The notes: generated by a model from the letters alone, not told the origin. A stretch of 32,000 bases of DNA from Gemmata obscuriglobus (GCF_008065095.1 NZ_CP042911.1:7950001-7982000); one strand, 5' to 3'. Shown: positions 17,805 through 26,197, counted from the first letter of the stretch. A program made the numbers and translations.

Positions 17805-19865
17805 CTACGGCTTGTTACCCTTCGGCGGGCGTGGCTTCGGGGCCGGGCGCCGGGGCTTACTGGCCACCGCGCTGAGCGCCGCCACGCGCTCGCGCAACCC
17901 CTCGGTCAGGCGCTGCGATTCCCGCGCGCCCTGGAGCGTGCGCTCGGTCCCTTCGCGGGCGGCGGCCAGCGTGCCGAGCACCGACTCGCACGCCGCGGAG
18001 TGCTCGCGGTTGGCCCGGGTGATGAGTGCCATCTGCCGGGACACGTGCTCGGCCGTGGCCGTCATGTCCTTGGTGGCCCGGGTCTGCTCGCCGAGCGCTT
18101 GGCCCACCTGCCCGGACTGGCGGCGCATCCCCCCGACCGCCTTCGCCACCTGGTCGGCCGCCGTCGCCTGTTCGGCGGTGGCGCGGGTCACGTCGGCGAT
18201 CAGCGCGACGAGCCGGTCCGTTTCCGCCGCCACTTGGTCGGTCGCCGCCGACTGCTCGGCGACGGCCCGCGCCGTACTCGCCGCGACCTTCCGCATGGAC
18301 ACCAGCGACTGCGTGATCTGGGCGGCCCCGGCCGCCTGCTCGTTGGTTGCGTGCCGGACCTGCTGGGCGAGGAGCCGGGTCGCCTGGCCGGCTTTGATGA
18401 TGTCCCGCGTGCTCCGGCCCTGCTCGCCCATCGCCTGCGCGACCTGGCGCGAGATCTTGCGCATCTGGCCGGTCGACAGAACGGTCCCTTGTAGCGCCCG
18501 GGTCTGCTCAGCAGACGCCGCCGCCACCTGTCGCGCCTGCGCCGCCGTGGTGCCGATCGCGCTCACTACCTGGTTGCTCGCCTGAAACTGCTCCTCCGAC
18601 GCCCGGGCGATCTGGGCGACGATTTGCGTGGTTCCCTGAACGCCCGTGAGGATCTTCTTCAACCCGGCGATGCCGTCCTCGGCGAGCTGCCCACTTTCGT
18701 AAGCAACTTTCGCGCCCTCGTTGGACGTGGCGACCGCTTCTTGCACCGCCTCTTGCAGCCCCCGCACGATCACGGCGATGTCGGCGGTCGCCTGGGCGGC
18801 CCGGTTGGCGAGGTTGCGGATCTCCTCCGCGACGACCGCGAACCCGCGCCCGGCCTCGCCCGCGCGGGCGGCCTCGATCGACGCGTTGAGCGACAGCAGG
18901 TTGGTCCGCTCGGCGATGGTGTTGATGGTCGACACGATCCCGCCGATCTCCCCGGCCCGCTTGCCCATCTCCTTGATCGCCCCGGCCGACTGGGTCATGG
19001 AGTCGCGGACCCGGCCCAGCCCGGCGATCGACTTCTGCACCGCCGCCCCGCCCTCCTCGGCCTCGCGGGCGATGCGGGCCGTCACCGCGTTGGCCTCCTT
19101 GGCGAGGTCGGCGACGGCGCGGATGGACCGGTCGAGTTGGGTCGCGCTGGCGGCCGCGCCGGCGGCCACGTCGGTGATTCTTTCGGCGCTCTGGGCCACC
19201 CCGGTGGCGGACCGCGCGGCCTGCTCGATCCCGGTGGCGACGCCCTCCACCTCGGCGCTGAGGCTCTCCGCGGTCGCGGCCATCTGCTCGGTCGACGCGG
19301 CCATCTGGTTGATCGCGGAGGCCGCGGTTTCCGCCGCGGCGGTCATCTCGTCGGCGCTCCCGGCCACCTGCCGGATCGAGCGGCCGAGCTGCTCGACCGC
19401 GGTCGCGCCCTGCTCCACTGAGGCGGCCAGGGCCGCCGTGTCGCCGCTCACCGCCTTCACCGAGGCCGCCACCTCGGCCATCGCGCCGCGCACGGTGGCC
19501 GCGGCGGCCCCCATTTCCTGCGCCTTGCCGGTCACCGCGCGGACGGACGCGGCCGCCTCCTCGGTGGCCGCGGCGGTCTCGGTGAGCCCGACGTTGAACT
19601 CGGCGGTGGTGGCGTTCAGTTGCTCGACGGACGCCGCCATCTCGTTGATCGAGGAGGCGAACTCCTCCATCGCGCCGGCCACGGCGCCGGCCTGCCCCGC
19701 GGTCTCCTTGAGGGACGCCGCCGTTCCGCTCGCCGCCGCCGCCGCCGCGTCCAGCGCTTGGGCCTGGGCGCTCGCGCCGGTTAGCGTGGCGTCCACAATG
19801 CGGGCGAGTTCGTCCGTCGCGGCGGCGGCGAGCGGAACGGCGGCGTCGGCGGACTCGGTGGCCAT
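17805..19865 (-). CDS. Soluble methyl-accepting chemotaxis protein with an exceptionally long coiled-coil signalling domain and no sensor or TM region
   Basis: The conserved hairpin tip [44 protein letters not shown] sits at aa ~310-353 of 686. There is no hydrophobic N-terminal segment. GGAG lies 6 nt upstream of ATG 19865. There are many A-x-x-E-Q-x-x-A-(S/T/A) methylation-type motifs. Confidence 0.95.
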   Translation of the reverse strand: MATESADAAVPLAAAATDELARIVDATLTGASAQAQALDAAAAAASGTAASLKETAGQAGAVAGAMEEFASSINEMAASVEQLNATTAEFNVGLTETAAATEEAAASVRAVTGKAQEMGAAAATVRGAMAEVAASVKAVSGDTAALAASVEQGATAVEQLGRSIRQVAGSADEMTAAAETAASAINQMAASTEQMAATAESLSAEVEGVATGIEQAARSATGVAQSAERITDVAAGAAASATQLDRSIRAVADLAKEANAVTARIAREAEEGGAAVQKSIAGLGRVRDSMTQSAGAIKEMGKRAGEIGGIVSTINTIAERTNLLSLNASIEAARAGEAGRGFAVVAEEIRNLANRAAQATADIAVIVRGLQEAVQEAVATSNEGAKVAYESGQLAEDGIAGLKKILTGVQGTTQIVAQIARASEEQFQASNQVVSAIGTTAAQARQVAAASAEQTRALQGTVLSTGQMRKISRQVAQAMGEQGRSTRDIIKAGQATRLLAQQVRHATNEQAAGAAQITQSLVSMRKVAASTARAVAEQSAATDQVAAETDRLVALIADVTRATAEQATAADQVAKAVGGMRRQSGQVGQALGEQTRATKDMTATAEHVSRQMALITRANREHSAACESVLGTLAAAREGTERTLQGARESQRLTEGLRERVAALSAVASKPRRPAPKPRPPKGNKP

Positions 19866-19942
19866 GTGGTTCTCCGGTGAGTTCGTTGTGCCGCTGCGGA
19901 CCCGTACCCGACAATCCGGCTGACGGTGACTGCTTCTTGTGG

Positions 19943-19998
19943 CCCAGACATTCCTGTCTGGGCGCCCTTACCCCGCCGCACAGACAGGAACGTCTGTG
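19943..19998. promoter_or_regulatory. Two related palindromes upstream of mcp (candidate operator pair)
   Basis: The palindromes are CCCAGACA-TTCC-TGTCTGGG (19943-19962) and CACAGACA-GGAAC-GTCTGTG (19979-19998). Their cores CAGACATTCCTGTCTG and CAGACGTTCCTGTCTG (reverse complement) differ at one position. Their centres are 36 bp apart, and they lie 80-135 nt upstream of the mcp start. Confidence 0.35.
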
Positions 19999-20037
19999 CC
20001 ACAAAGCCAAAAACTGACACCAGCAACCGGATCGTAA

Positions 20038-20147
20038 ATCCAGTAGTTTCAAGTTCCAGGTTCCAAGGTTGGGAACCGGCTGAACAAAAGCCGTGCCCTT
20101 CGTGTGCCTTTTGGCTTTACGTGGAACTTGGAACTTGAAACGACTGA
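20038..20147 (+). repeat. AT-rich palindromic intergenic element, copy 2 (between cheW and mcp)
   Basis: The sequence is ATCCAGTAGTTTCAAGTTCCAGGTTCCAAGG...GTGCCTTTTGGCTTTACGTGGAACTTGGAACTTGAAACGACTGA. The outer arms GTTTCAAGTTCCAGGTTCCAAG and CTTGGAACTTGAAAC are inverted. It ends 3 nt from the cheW stop codon. Confidence 0.8.
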
Positions 20148-20149
20148 AA

Positions 20150-20587
20150 TCAGTGAGCGTTCGTGTGGCCGAGCACTTCGGCCACGTTCAGGATCAGCAC
20201 CACGCGGCCGCCGACCGTGGCGACGCCGCCCAGGTATTTGCCGCTGGTGCCGGCCATGCCCTCGGGCGGCGGGTGGACCGCGTCCGCCGGGATGGTCACG
20301 AACTCGCGGGCCGAATCGACGATCAGGCCGACGGTCCGGGCGCCGTGCGCGACCACGATGAGGCGCGTCGCCGCGTCGTACCCGCGGCGCGGGAACCCGA
20401 ACCGGCCCCGCAGGCTCATCGCCGGCACCACCTGGCCGCGCGAGAACACGACCCCGTCGACGAACGCCGGGGCGTTCGGCACCGGCGTCACCTGCTCGAC
20501 CATCTCCATCCGCTGCACGGCGGCGCTGGGCACCGCATACGCGGTCCCGGCCAGCTCGAACAGGACGTACGGTTCTGCGGTCGCCAC
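20150..20587 (-). CDS. cheW: Chemotaxis coupling protein CheW
   Basis: 145 aa with a GTG start. LFELAGTAYAVPSAAVQRMEMV...PNAPAFVDGVVFSRGQVVPAMSLR...VGLIVDSAREFVTIP...ILNVAEVL is a typical CheW-like domain. Confidence 0.9.
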   Translation of the reverse strand: MATAEPYVLFELAGTAYAVPSAAVQRMEMVEQVTPVPNAPAFVDGVVFSRGQVVPAMSLRGRFGFPRRGYDAATRLIVVAHGARTVGLIVDSAREFVTIPADAVHPPPEGMAGTSGKYLGGVATVGGRVVLILNVAEVLGHTNAH

Positions 20588-20609
20588 GGTCAGTTCGCCT
20601 CGTTGGTGG

Positions 20610-22574
20610 TCAGCGGGGTGCGCGCGTGCGGGCGTACCGGGCCAGCCCGGGGGCGTCGAGAATGAGGACCGCGCGGCCGTCGCCGAGTTCGGTCGCGCCT
20701 GCCAGCCCGGGCACCTGGACCAGGGGGTCGGCGAGCCGGCGCACGACCACCTCGCGCAGCCCGATCACGCGATCGACGCCCAGCGCGAGCGCGGACCGCC
20801 CCTCGCCCACCACCAGCGCCGGGAACGCCCCAGCCGGCCGCGGCGCGCCGAACAGGTCCGCCAGGCGCAGCAGCGGGAGCACGCCCTCGTGGTTCCGGAT
20901 CAGCTCGTTGTTCTCCAGCGCGGTGACGGCGTCCGGTTCGACCGCCAGCACCGCGCGTACCGCCGCCTGCGGCGCGGCGTAGGTCTGCCCGCCGACGGTC
21001 ACGATCAGGGCGTCGGCGATGGCGAGCGTGAGCGGGAGCCGGACGGCGAACCGGGCGCCGCGGCCGGGCCGGGTCGTCAGGTCGAGGGTCCCGCCGAGTT
21101 CCTCCACCGCGCGCCGGACCACGTCCATCCCGACCCCGCGCCCGCTCGCGCGGTCCGCCGCGTCCTGTGTGGAGAACCCGGGCGCGCAGATCAGGTCCAG
21201 AACGGCGCCCGGGTCGGTCCAACCGCCGGGCGGCGCCAGCCCGGCCTGCCGGGCGCGGGCGAACACCCGCTCGGGGTCGATCCCGCGCCCGTCGTCCTCG
21301 ACCTCGATCACCACCGCCCCGCCGGCCGCGGCGGCGCGCAGGTCGATGCGCCCGCGCGCCGGCTTCCCGGCGGCCGCCCGCTCCGACGCGGGTTCCAGGC
21401 CGTGGCTGACGGCGTTCCGGACGAGGTGCAGCAGCGGATCGGCGAGCCGCTCGACTACGAACTTGTCGATCTCGGTGCTCTCGCCAGTGAGCACGAGATC
21501 GACGCCGCGCCCGGGCTCGCGGGCCAGGTCGCGGACCACCAGCCGCATGCGCGCGAACAGGTCCCGCACGGGCACGAGCCGGACCCGCATCACGCCGTCG
21601 CGCAGGTCGCGCAACTGCCGGCCCACGGTGAGGCTCGTTTCGTGCAGCTCGCGCCGCTCGGCGGCGGGGAGCAGTTGCGCCACGCGCTCCAGCGCCCCGT
21701 CCAGGCGCGCCCGGGTGATCGCCAGCTCCCCGACCGCGCGCATCAGCTCGTCGAGGCGCGTGAGGTCCACGCGGACGACGTTGCTCGGGGCCAGCGGCGC
21801 CACCCGCGCCGGCTCGTCCGCCGGCACCGGGGCGGGCCGATCGAGGGGTTCCACGCCCAGCCCGTCCGCGGCGAAGAGCGATTCAAAGTGCGGGTCAGAA
21901 CTGGTAACGACGAAGGTGAACGAAACGCCCCCGGGGGTGGCCACCGGTGCGGCGCGGACGATCTGGCCGGCGGCGCGCAGGCGCTCGCGCACGGTGCCCA
22001 CGTTCACCCCCGACGCGGCCAGCGCCGGAGTGGGCGCGAACGTGACCTTCCACGTTCGGCTCGCGCCTCCCGCGGGTCCGGTTGTTTCTGACGCGGGGGC
22101 GGGCTCCGGACTCGGGGGGGCGGTGGCACCGGCCGAGGCGCTGGTTAGCGCGGCCAGGCGTGCGGCCAGCGCGCCGGTTTCGGGCGCGGGCGTGTTGTCC
22201 CGCCGGGCGGCAATGACGGCTTCGAGCGCCGCCACCCCGTCCACCAGCGCGGCGATCCCTTCCGGGTTCAGCGCGGCGCGCCCCTTGCGAACCGCGCCGA
22301 GGTACTCCTCCAGTTGATGGGCGACCGACTCCGCCTGCCCGACGCCCGCGATCCCCGACAGTCCCTTGAGGGTGTGGAAGTGCCGGAACAGCTCGTCGAG
22401 GCGTTCGGGCCGGGCGGCGCCGGGGTTCGCTTCGAGCGCGAGCAACAGGTTCCGCGCCCCGGTCAGATGCTCGTCGCATTCGACCAGATAATCCGGAAAC
22501 AGGTCGTCTGTATCGCTCGGGTCGTCGGAGGTCACAATGAAAGGGTCCGCCGTGCGCGGTCGCGGCTCCAGCAT
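20610..22574 (-). CDS. cheA: Chemotaxis histidine kinase CheA (Hpt - dimerisation - HATPase - CheW-like)
   Basis: Hpt phospho-His context: ELFRHFHTLKGLSG. P3: VVRVDLTRLDELMRAVGEL. P4: HLVRNAVSHGLEP, IEVEDDGRGID, GFST...SGRGVGMDVV. The C-terminal P5 is CheW-like. ATG 22574 was chosen; the ORF-track TTG at 22592 is an alternative. Confidence 0.95.
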   Translation of the reverse strand: MLEPRPRTADPFIVTSDDPSDTDDLFPDYLVECDEHLTGARNLLLALEANPGAARPERLDELFRHFHTLKGLSGIAGVGQAESVAHQLEEYLGAVRKGRAALNPEGIAALVDGVAALEAVIAARRDNTPAPETGALAARLAALTSASAGATAPPSPEPAPASETTGPAGGASRTWKVTFAPTPALAASGVNVGTVRERLRAAGQIVRAAPVATPGGVSFTFVVTSSDPHFESLFAADGLGVEPLDRPAPVPADEPARVAPLAPSNVVRVDLTRLDELMRAVGELAITRARLDGALERVAQLLPAAERRELHETSLTVGRQLRDLRDGVMRVRLVPVRDLFARMRLVVRDLAREPGRGVDLVLTGESTEIDKFVVERLADPLLHLVRNAVSHGLEPASERAAAGKPARGRIDLRAAAAGGAVVIEVEDDGRGIDPERVFARARQAGLAPPGGWTDPGAVLDLICAPGFSTQDAADRASGRGVGMDVVRRAVEELGGTLDLTTRPGRGARFAVRLPLTLAIADALIVTVGGQTYAAPQAAVRAVLAVEPDAVTALENNELIRNHEGVLPLLRLADLFGAPRPAGAFPALVVGEGRSALALGVDRVIGLREVVVRRLADPLVQVPGLAGATELGDGRAVLILDAPGLARYARTRAPR

Positions 22575-22690
22575 TATCAGGGAGCCTAGCAAAAATAGCT
22601 CACGGCACCCATTTTACCCAGCCGTTACAGACCACGCATCGCACCGCCGACCGACTGCGGGTCATTTAACCGTTACGGCCGGCGCGACCG

Positions 22691-22867
22691 TTAGAAGTGA
22701 CTCACACTCTCCGCGCAGAGGGCCGGGGGCCGTGCAAGCGTCTTGGAAGCTGGTAAGCAGGCGCGACACTCCCGGAGGAAGGCCCGCATAGCGGCTTCCT
22801 CGTGTGCGTACTGCTGCCGACGGGCCTGCCGCGCGACCGCCTTCGCAACCCGCTCCGACTTCTTCAT
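22691..22867 (-). CDS. Small hypothetical protein (58 aa), last unit of the cassette-like array
   Basis: ATG 22867 (MKKSERVAKAVARQARRQQYAHEEAAMRAFLRECRACLPASK...) is preceded on the coding strand by CTTCGGA-AGGCGTGCCGCG. This is the same leader layout as the other array genes. Confidence 0.4.
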   Translation of the reverse strand: MKKSERVAKAVARQARRQQYAHEEAAMRAFLRECRACLPASKTLARPPALCAESVSHF

Positions 22868-22879
22868 CGCGGCACGCCT

Positions 22880-22973
22880 TCCGAAGTTGAACTTACAGTT
22901 CACCGCCGCACCCCCCGCGACCGGTGCCGGGAAAAACCCAGGGGTCGCGGTCCGATGTAGCGGCGGGTTCGGC
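22880..22973 (-). repeat. attC-like imperfect palindrome, diverged copy G
   Basis: Plus strand: TCCGAAG...CAGTTCACC...CCGCGACC/GGTCGCGG inner stem...GTTCGGC (22967-22973). It lies between the GYF-TPR stop (22990) and the small ORF start (22867). Confidence 0.6.
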
Positions 22974-22989
22974 TGTTTGGCGGCCCCCC

Positions 22990-23901
22990 CTACCCCCCCA
23001 GCAGTTCAAGGACCCTCGCACGACCCGCCTGGGTATTCGCCAGGTACGACCGCGCCGTCGATTCCAGCGAGCGCCGGCGGGACCGCGCGCGCGGGAAGAG
23101 CCAGCCCCAGAGGGCGGACAAGCCCACGCGCGCGCGTTCCGCAAGTTGGCCCTCAATCAGTGGGACGGCCTGCTCGTACTGGTCGAGCGCTTCCGGGTAA
23201 CGGCCCTGATCGCACAGGACGGCGCCCAGGTTGCAAAGCGCCCCGCCCAGGAGGACCGCCGTCCACGGGTCGTTCGGGCGCGCCTGCAACAACTGACTGC
23301 GGATCGCCACCGCCTTCCCGATCGACGCCTTCGCCTCGTCCAGCGCGCCGAGGTCGCGGTGGAGCAGGCCCCGCTGGTTGAAGCTGGCGGCCAGTGCCTG
23401 CTGGTACTCGTGGTCCCGGGGCGCGGAGCGGGCGAGCCGCTCGCGGATCGCGCCCGCCTCGTCGAGCGCCCACCCCGCGCTGCCGAGGCGGCCCGCGGAC
23501 TGGTGGAGCGCGCCGAGGGCGAAGTAGCACTCGGCCAGAGCCGCCGCGTTCGCGGGCACGTCCGGGCGGCGGAGGGCGGCTTGGGCGGCAAGCGCCGCGA
23601 GCGCCCAACACGTCGCCTCCTGGTGGGCCGCGCACGCGTCGTGCCAGTGCCCCGTGCTCAGCCCGCCGCCCATCGACCGCCCGCGGGCGGCCACGGCCAC
23701 CAGCCGCTGGCCTTCGTCTTCCGGCTCCCCTCCGAGGAGGTTCGCAACAAGGAACTGGGCCTCCCGACCTCGCGCCGCCACCTTACGCCACGCCAGATCG
23801 GTGGGCCGGAGAACCCCAGCGGCCACCAACTGATCGATCTGGGATACCGTGGCCGGGCCGCGCTCGACGCCATTGAGGGTGTAATACCAGTCGATTGGCA
23901 T
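22990..23901 (-). CDS. GYF_2 (DUF4339)-domain protein with TPR-like repeats
   Basis: The N-terminal IDWYYTLNGVERGPATVSQIDQLVAAGVLRPTDLAW is the GYF_2 pattern. TPR-like helices follow (NLGAVLCDQGRYPEALDQYEQAV; LLHRDLGALDEAKASIGKAVAI). Confidence 0.8.
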   Translation of the reverse strand: MPIDWYYTLNGVERGPATVSQIDQLVAAGVLRPTDLAWRKVAARGREAQFLVANLLGGEPEDEGQRLVAVAARGRSMGGGLSTGHWHDACAAHQEATCWALAALAAQAALRRPDVPANAAALAECYFALGALHQSAGRLGSAGWALDEAGAIRERLARSAPRDHEYQQALAASFNQRGLLHRDLGALDEAKASIGKAVAIRSQLLQARPNDPWTAVLLGGALCNLGAVLCDQGRYPEALDQYEQAVPLIEGQLAERARVGLSALWGWLFPRARSRRRSLESTARSYLANTQAGRARVLELLGG

Positions 23902-23911
23902 CGCTCCATCC

Positions 23912-23995
23912 GCCGCTAAAAGAACAGTTCACCTGCACCGCCACGTCCCGAGCCGCGGTGCAGGTGAACTGCTCCGCGGCGCTGTCGGGTTCGGA
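23912..23995 (-). repeat. attC-like element, short variant A
   Basis: A perfect 17 bp palindrome is formed by CAGTTCACCTGCACCGC (23925-23941) and GCGGTGCAGGTGAACTG (23955-23971). GTTCGGA follows at 23989-23995. It lies between the stop at 24003 and the start at 23901. Confidence 0.65.
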
Positions 23996-24002
23996 TCGGC
24001 GC

Positions 24003-24383
24003 TCACCCCGCATCCACCCTGTATCCCAGCGCCGAGGCCGCGCGCTCGACCAGTGGCCAGGCGGGGCCGTCCACCTCGTCCGGGCTACCGAAGAACAGCT
24101 CCGAGTCCGGCATGACGCAACAGGCGGCCACGTTGCCGAGGTCGTCGCCGAACGAGACACACACGGCCGCATGCTGAACCGACTGGAGTCTCGCCAGTCG
24201 CTCCCACTTGCCGGGCAGCGCGTCTGAGAACCGCAGGGTGGCAGCGATCATGCCTGCCACATGGTCTTGGCCTGCGTCCGGATCGGCGTGAACCTCGGCG
24301 AACTCGTCCGCCAACCGGCGGATCACGTCCGCGACCGACAGGGGGGCGCCACCTTCGGGTGGGAGGAGTTTCACGAACGCCAC
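24003..24383 (-). CDS. Hypothetical protein (126 aa)
   Basis: The GTG 24383 start is preceded on the coding strand by GTTCGGCACCCGGAGGGAGGGTGACTG. Composition is coding-like and no domain was recognised. Confidence 0.6.
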   Translation of the reverse strand: MAFVKLLPPEGGAPLSVADVIRRLADEFAEVHADPDAGQDHVAGMIAATLRFSDALPGKWERLARLQSVQHAAVCVSFGDDLGNVAACCVMPDSELFFGSPDEVDGPAWPLVERAASALGYRVDAG

Positions 24384-24483
24384 CAGTCACCCTCCCTCCG
24401 GGTGCCGAACGAATCCATGCAAGCAATGTGTGCCACGGTGAGGGCTGCTCGCCCTTGGGATCTCGGAGGCTTGCGACGGCATC

Positions 24484-24722
24484 GGACACCATTCTGGCGA
24501 TCGACCTGGGTCGGTACAAGAGCGTGGCGTGCGGTTACCAGCGGAGCACTCAGGAGCACACGTTCCGCACCTTGGACACGCCCCCGCGACAATGGACCAA
24601 CTGTTGGCCCGATACCCGGGCGCGGTGCTGGTGATCGAGGCGTGCTCGAACGCCGGGTGGGGTCGCGGCGGGCGGTCGCGGCTGGGCACACCGTTAAGGT
24701 GACCAACACCGCGAACGGCGTG
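24484..24722 (+). pseudogene. IS110-family transposase fragment (N-terminal ~75 codons, frameshifted, no start codon)
   Basis: DTILAIDLGRYKSVACGYQRSTQEHTFRTLDT (frame a), then MDQLLARYPGAVLVIEACSNAGW (frame b), then HTVKVTNTANG (frame c). This matches the conserved IS110 DEDD N-terminus (ILAIDLGK.KSV.C.......F.T......L..LL....P..VVIEAC..AGW......G..V.VANT) as I remember it. It is truncated near 24722. Confidence 0.65.
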
Positions 24723-24769
24723 AATTGTCCCGTGATACCAATTATTCTGTGCGTACCGATTGGCGGCAC

Positions 24770-25612
24770 TTATCGTTCGTCCAGGACCTCGCCACCGTTT
24801 GGCGTTATGGCGCCCCAATAAATCGTTTCGGCGATCGAAGGCGAGACGGTTCCGACGGACCCGTCCGCGCGGGCAACAATCATCCCGCCCCGGTGCGGGG
24901 TCTGCGCGAGGGACGGATCGCACCTCTCGGCGAACGGCATCGGCAGAACCTGAAACGTCACGGCTCCCCGGCTGCCGCGACTGACGGGCGGGGCCGCCGA
25001 TGTCACGGGGTAAACGTCGTTCAAGTTGCGGCCGCCGGCGACCGGGCCGCCGTCGGCGAACGTCGCTCGCCGCGCGACGACGGCCACATCGGTGTACGTG
25101 TACTCGGTGGCCGTGTCCGCGCACCGGGCGAACCGCTCCGCCAGCAGTACGGTGTTCGAGGTGCCGTCCGTGAACGTCGCGGCCAACGAGGGCGAGCCCT
25201 CGAGCGCGAACGCGTTGACGGCGTAGCTGGTCAGGGTGGCGAAGGAGACGTCGGGGGTCAGCGTCGGGTCCGCCGGGCTGCGGTAGACGGGACAGACGTA
25301 GTTGAACGCCCGGTTCTCGCGCCGGAGCCGGTACAGCGCGTCCTGCTCGACGTAGGGGAGAACGAAATCGAACGGAGAGTCGATCGGGTGGTTAATGCTC
25401 CCCTTCCTCGCATCAATCGAGGGGAGGCGCCCGTCGTGCGTGTTCGCCACGTTGTGAAGGGCCAGGGCGATTTGTCGCATGTTGTTCGAGCTGCGCATGC
25501 GCACCGCGGTCTCGCGGACCTTCTGGACCGCGGGGAGGAGGAGGCCGATCAGCACCGCGAGGATCGCGATGACGACCAAAAGCTCGATCAGAGTGAACCC
25601 GGTGCGGCGCAT
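24770..25612 (-). CDS. DUF1559 protein with prepilin-type N-terminal methylation motif (H-x9-DG pseudopilin-like)
   Basis: GGAGGGGAG lies upstream of ATG 25612. The N-terminus is [34 protein letters not shown], followed by [12 protein letters not shown]. The C-terminal [12 protein letters not shown] is H-x9-DG. This family is characteristic of Planctomycetota. The ORF-track upstream extension to 26026 is Arg-rich and overlaps other features. Confidence 0.9.
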   Translation of the reverse strand: MRRTGFTLIELLVVIAILAVLIGLLLPAVQKVRETAVRMRSSNNMRQIALALHNVANTHDGRLPSIDARKGSINHPIDSPFDFVLPYVEQDALYRLRRENRAFNYVCPVYRSPADPTLTPDVSFATLTSYAVNAFALEGSPSLAATFTDGTSNTVLLAERFARCADTATEYTYTDVAVVARRATFADGGPVAGGRNLNDVYPVTSAAPPVSRGSRGAVTFQVLPMPFAERCDPSLAQTPHRGGMIVARADGSVGTVSPSIAETIYWGAITPNGGEVLDER

Positions 25613-25806
25613 GTCGCTCCCCTCCGTGGAACTTGTGGCGCGTTGGTCCGAACCCGCCGTTGTCGAGCACCCGCTTCCGGGCGAAGAACCGGACCGCGGT
25701 AACGTTGCCCACTGGCGACGTAGACGCCGCGTTGCGTTTGACCTGTGGGAAGCAGCCGACGCCGCAGCTACACTACGGCGTCCGGGACCGGCCCGTCGTA
25801 CCCGCG

Positions 25807-25905
25807 GCCGAAGCACACCGGGTGCTCCGGCGGCAGGTGCTCGTCGCACCGATACCGCCCGGCCACGACGGCCCCGCGACTGATCCGCGTCGGGGTCAGT
25901 TCGGT
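25807..25905 (-). repeat. Degenerate attC-like element (copy I)
   Basis: On the coding strand it reads ACCGAAC (25905-25899)...GAGCACCTGCCGCCGG...CTTCGGC (25813-25807). A further GTTCGGA core (25653-25647) lies 35 nt before the DUF1559 start. Confidence 0.3.
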
Positions 25906-26183
25906 GGCGTTCTCCAGGTCGTATACCACCGATTGCACACCGCACACCGACCGACGGCCGGCTTGCCCTCCAGCGGAACGAGGGACATCGACTCCCACTC
26001 CACCCGCACGTCCGGCCGCTCCTCACTCAGCACCGCCGCCAATGCCGCGAGCACAGCCTTGCGGATTTGCTCATCCGCTTGCAACGGTAATAAGGTGCGG
26101 CGGGCAACCTCGGGGTCCTGATCGACGAGGAAGGAGATCGTTAGAAGCGTCGTCTCAGTTGCCAACTGATGCCCCCCGCGCAT
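25896..26183 (-). CDS. Hypothetical protein (95 aa)
   Basis: ATG 26183 is preceded on the coding strand by GTTCGGCAGCGGAAGGCGCGA. The sequence reads [52 protein letters not shown]... The stop follows immediately after CCGAAC. Confidence 0.55.
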   Translation of the reverse strand: MRGGHQLATETTLLTISFLVDQDPEVARRTLLPLQADEQIRKAVLAALAAVLSEERPDVRVEWESMSLVPLEGKPAVGRCAVCNRWYTTWRTPPN

Positions 26184-26197
26184 TCGCGCCTTCCGCT

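Noticed and set aside
12123-22091. Other very long shadow ORFs (12123-14606 minus, 12656-14398 plus, 14888-17431 plus, 16158-17399 minus, 18508-20052 minus, 18721-19923 plus, 20163-22091 plus, 21019-22317 plus)
   Set aside because: All overlap the motif-supported che and kinase genes in alternative frames or antisense. They translate to Arg/Pro/Gly/Ala-rich strings without domain signatures.
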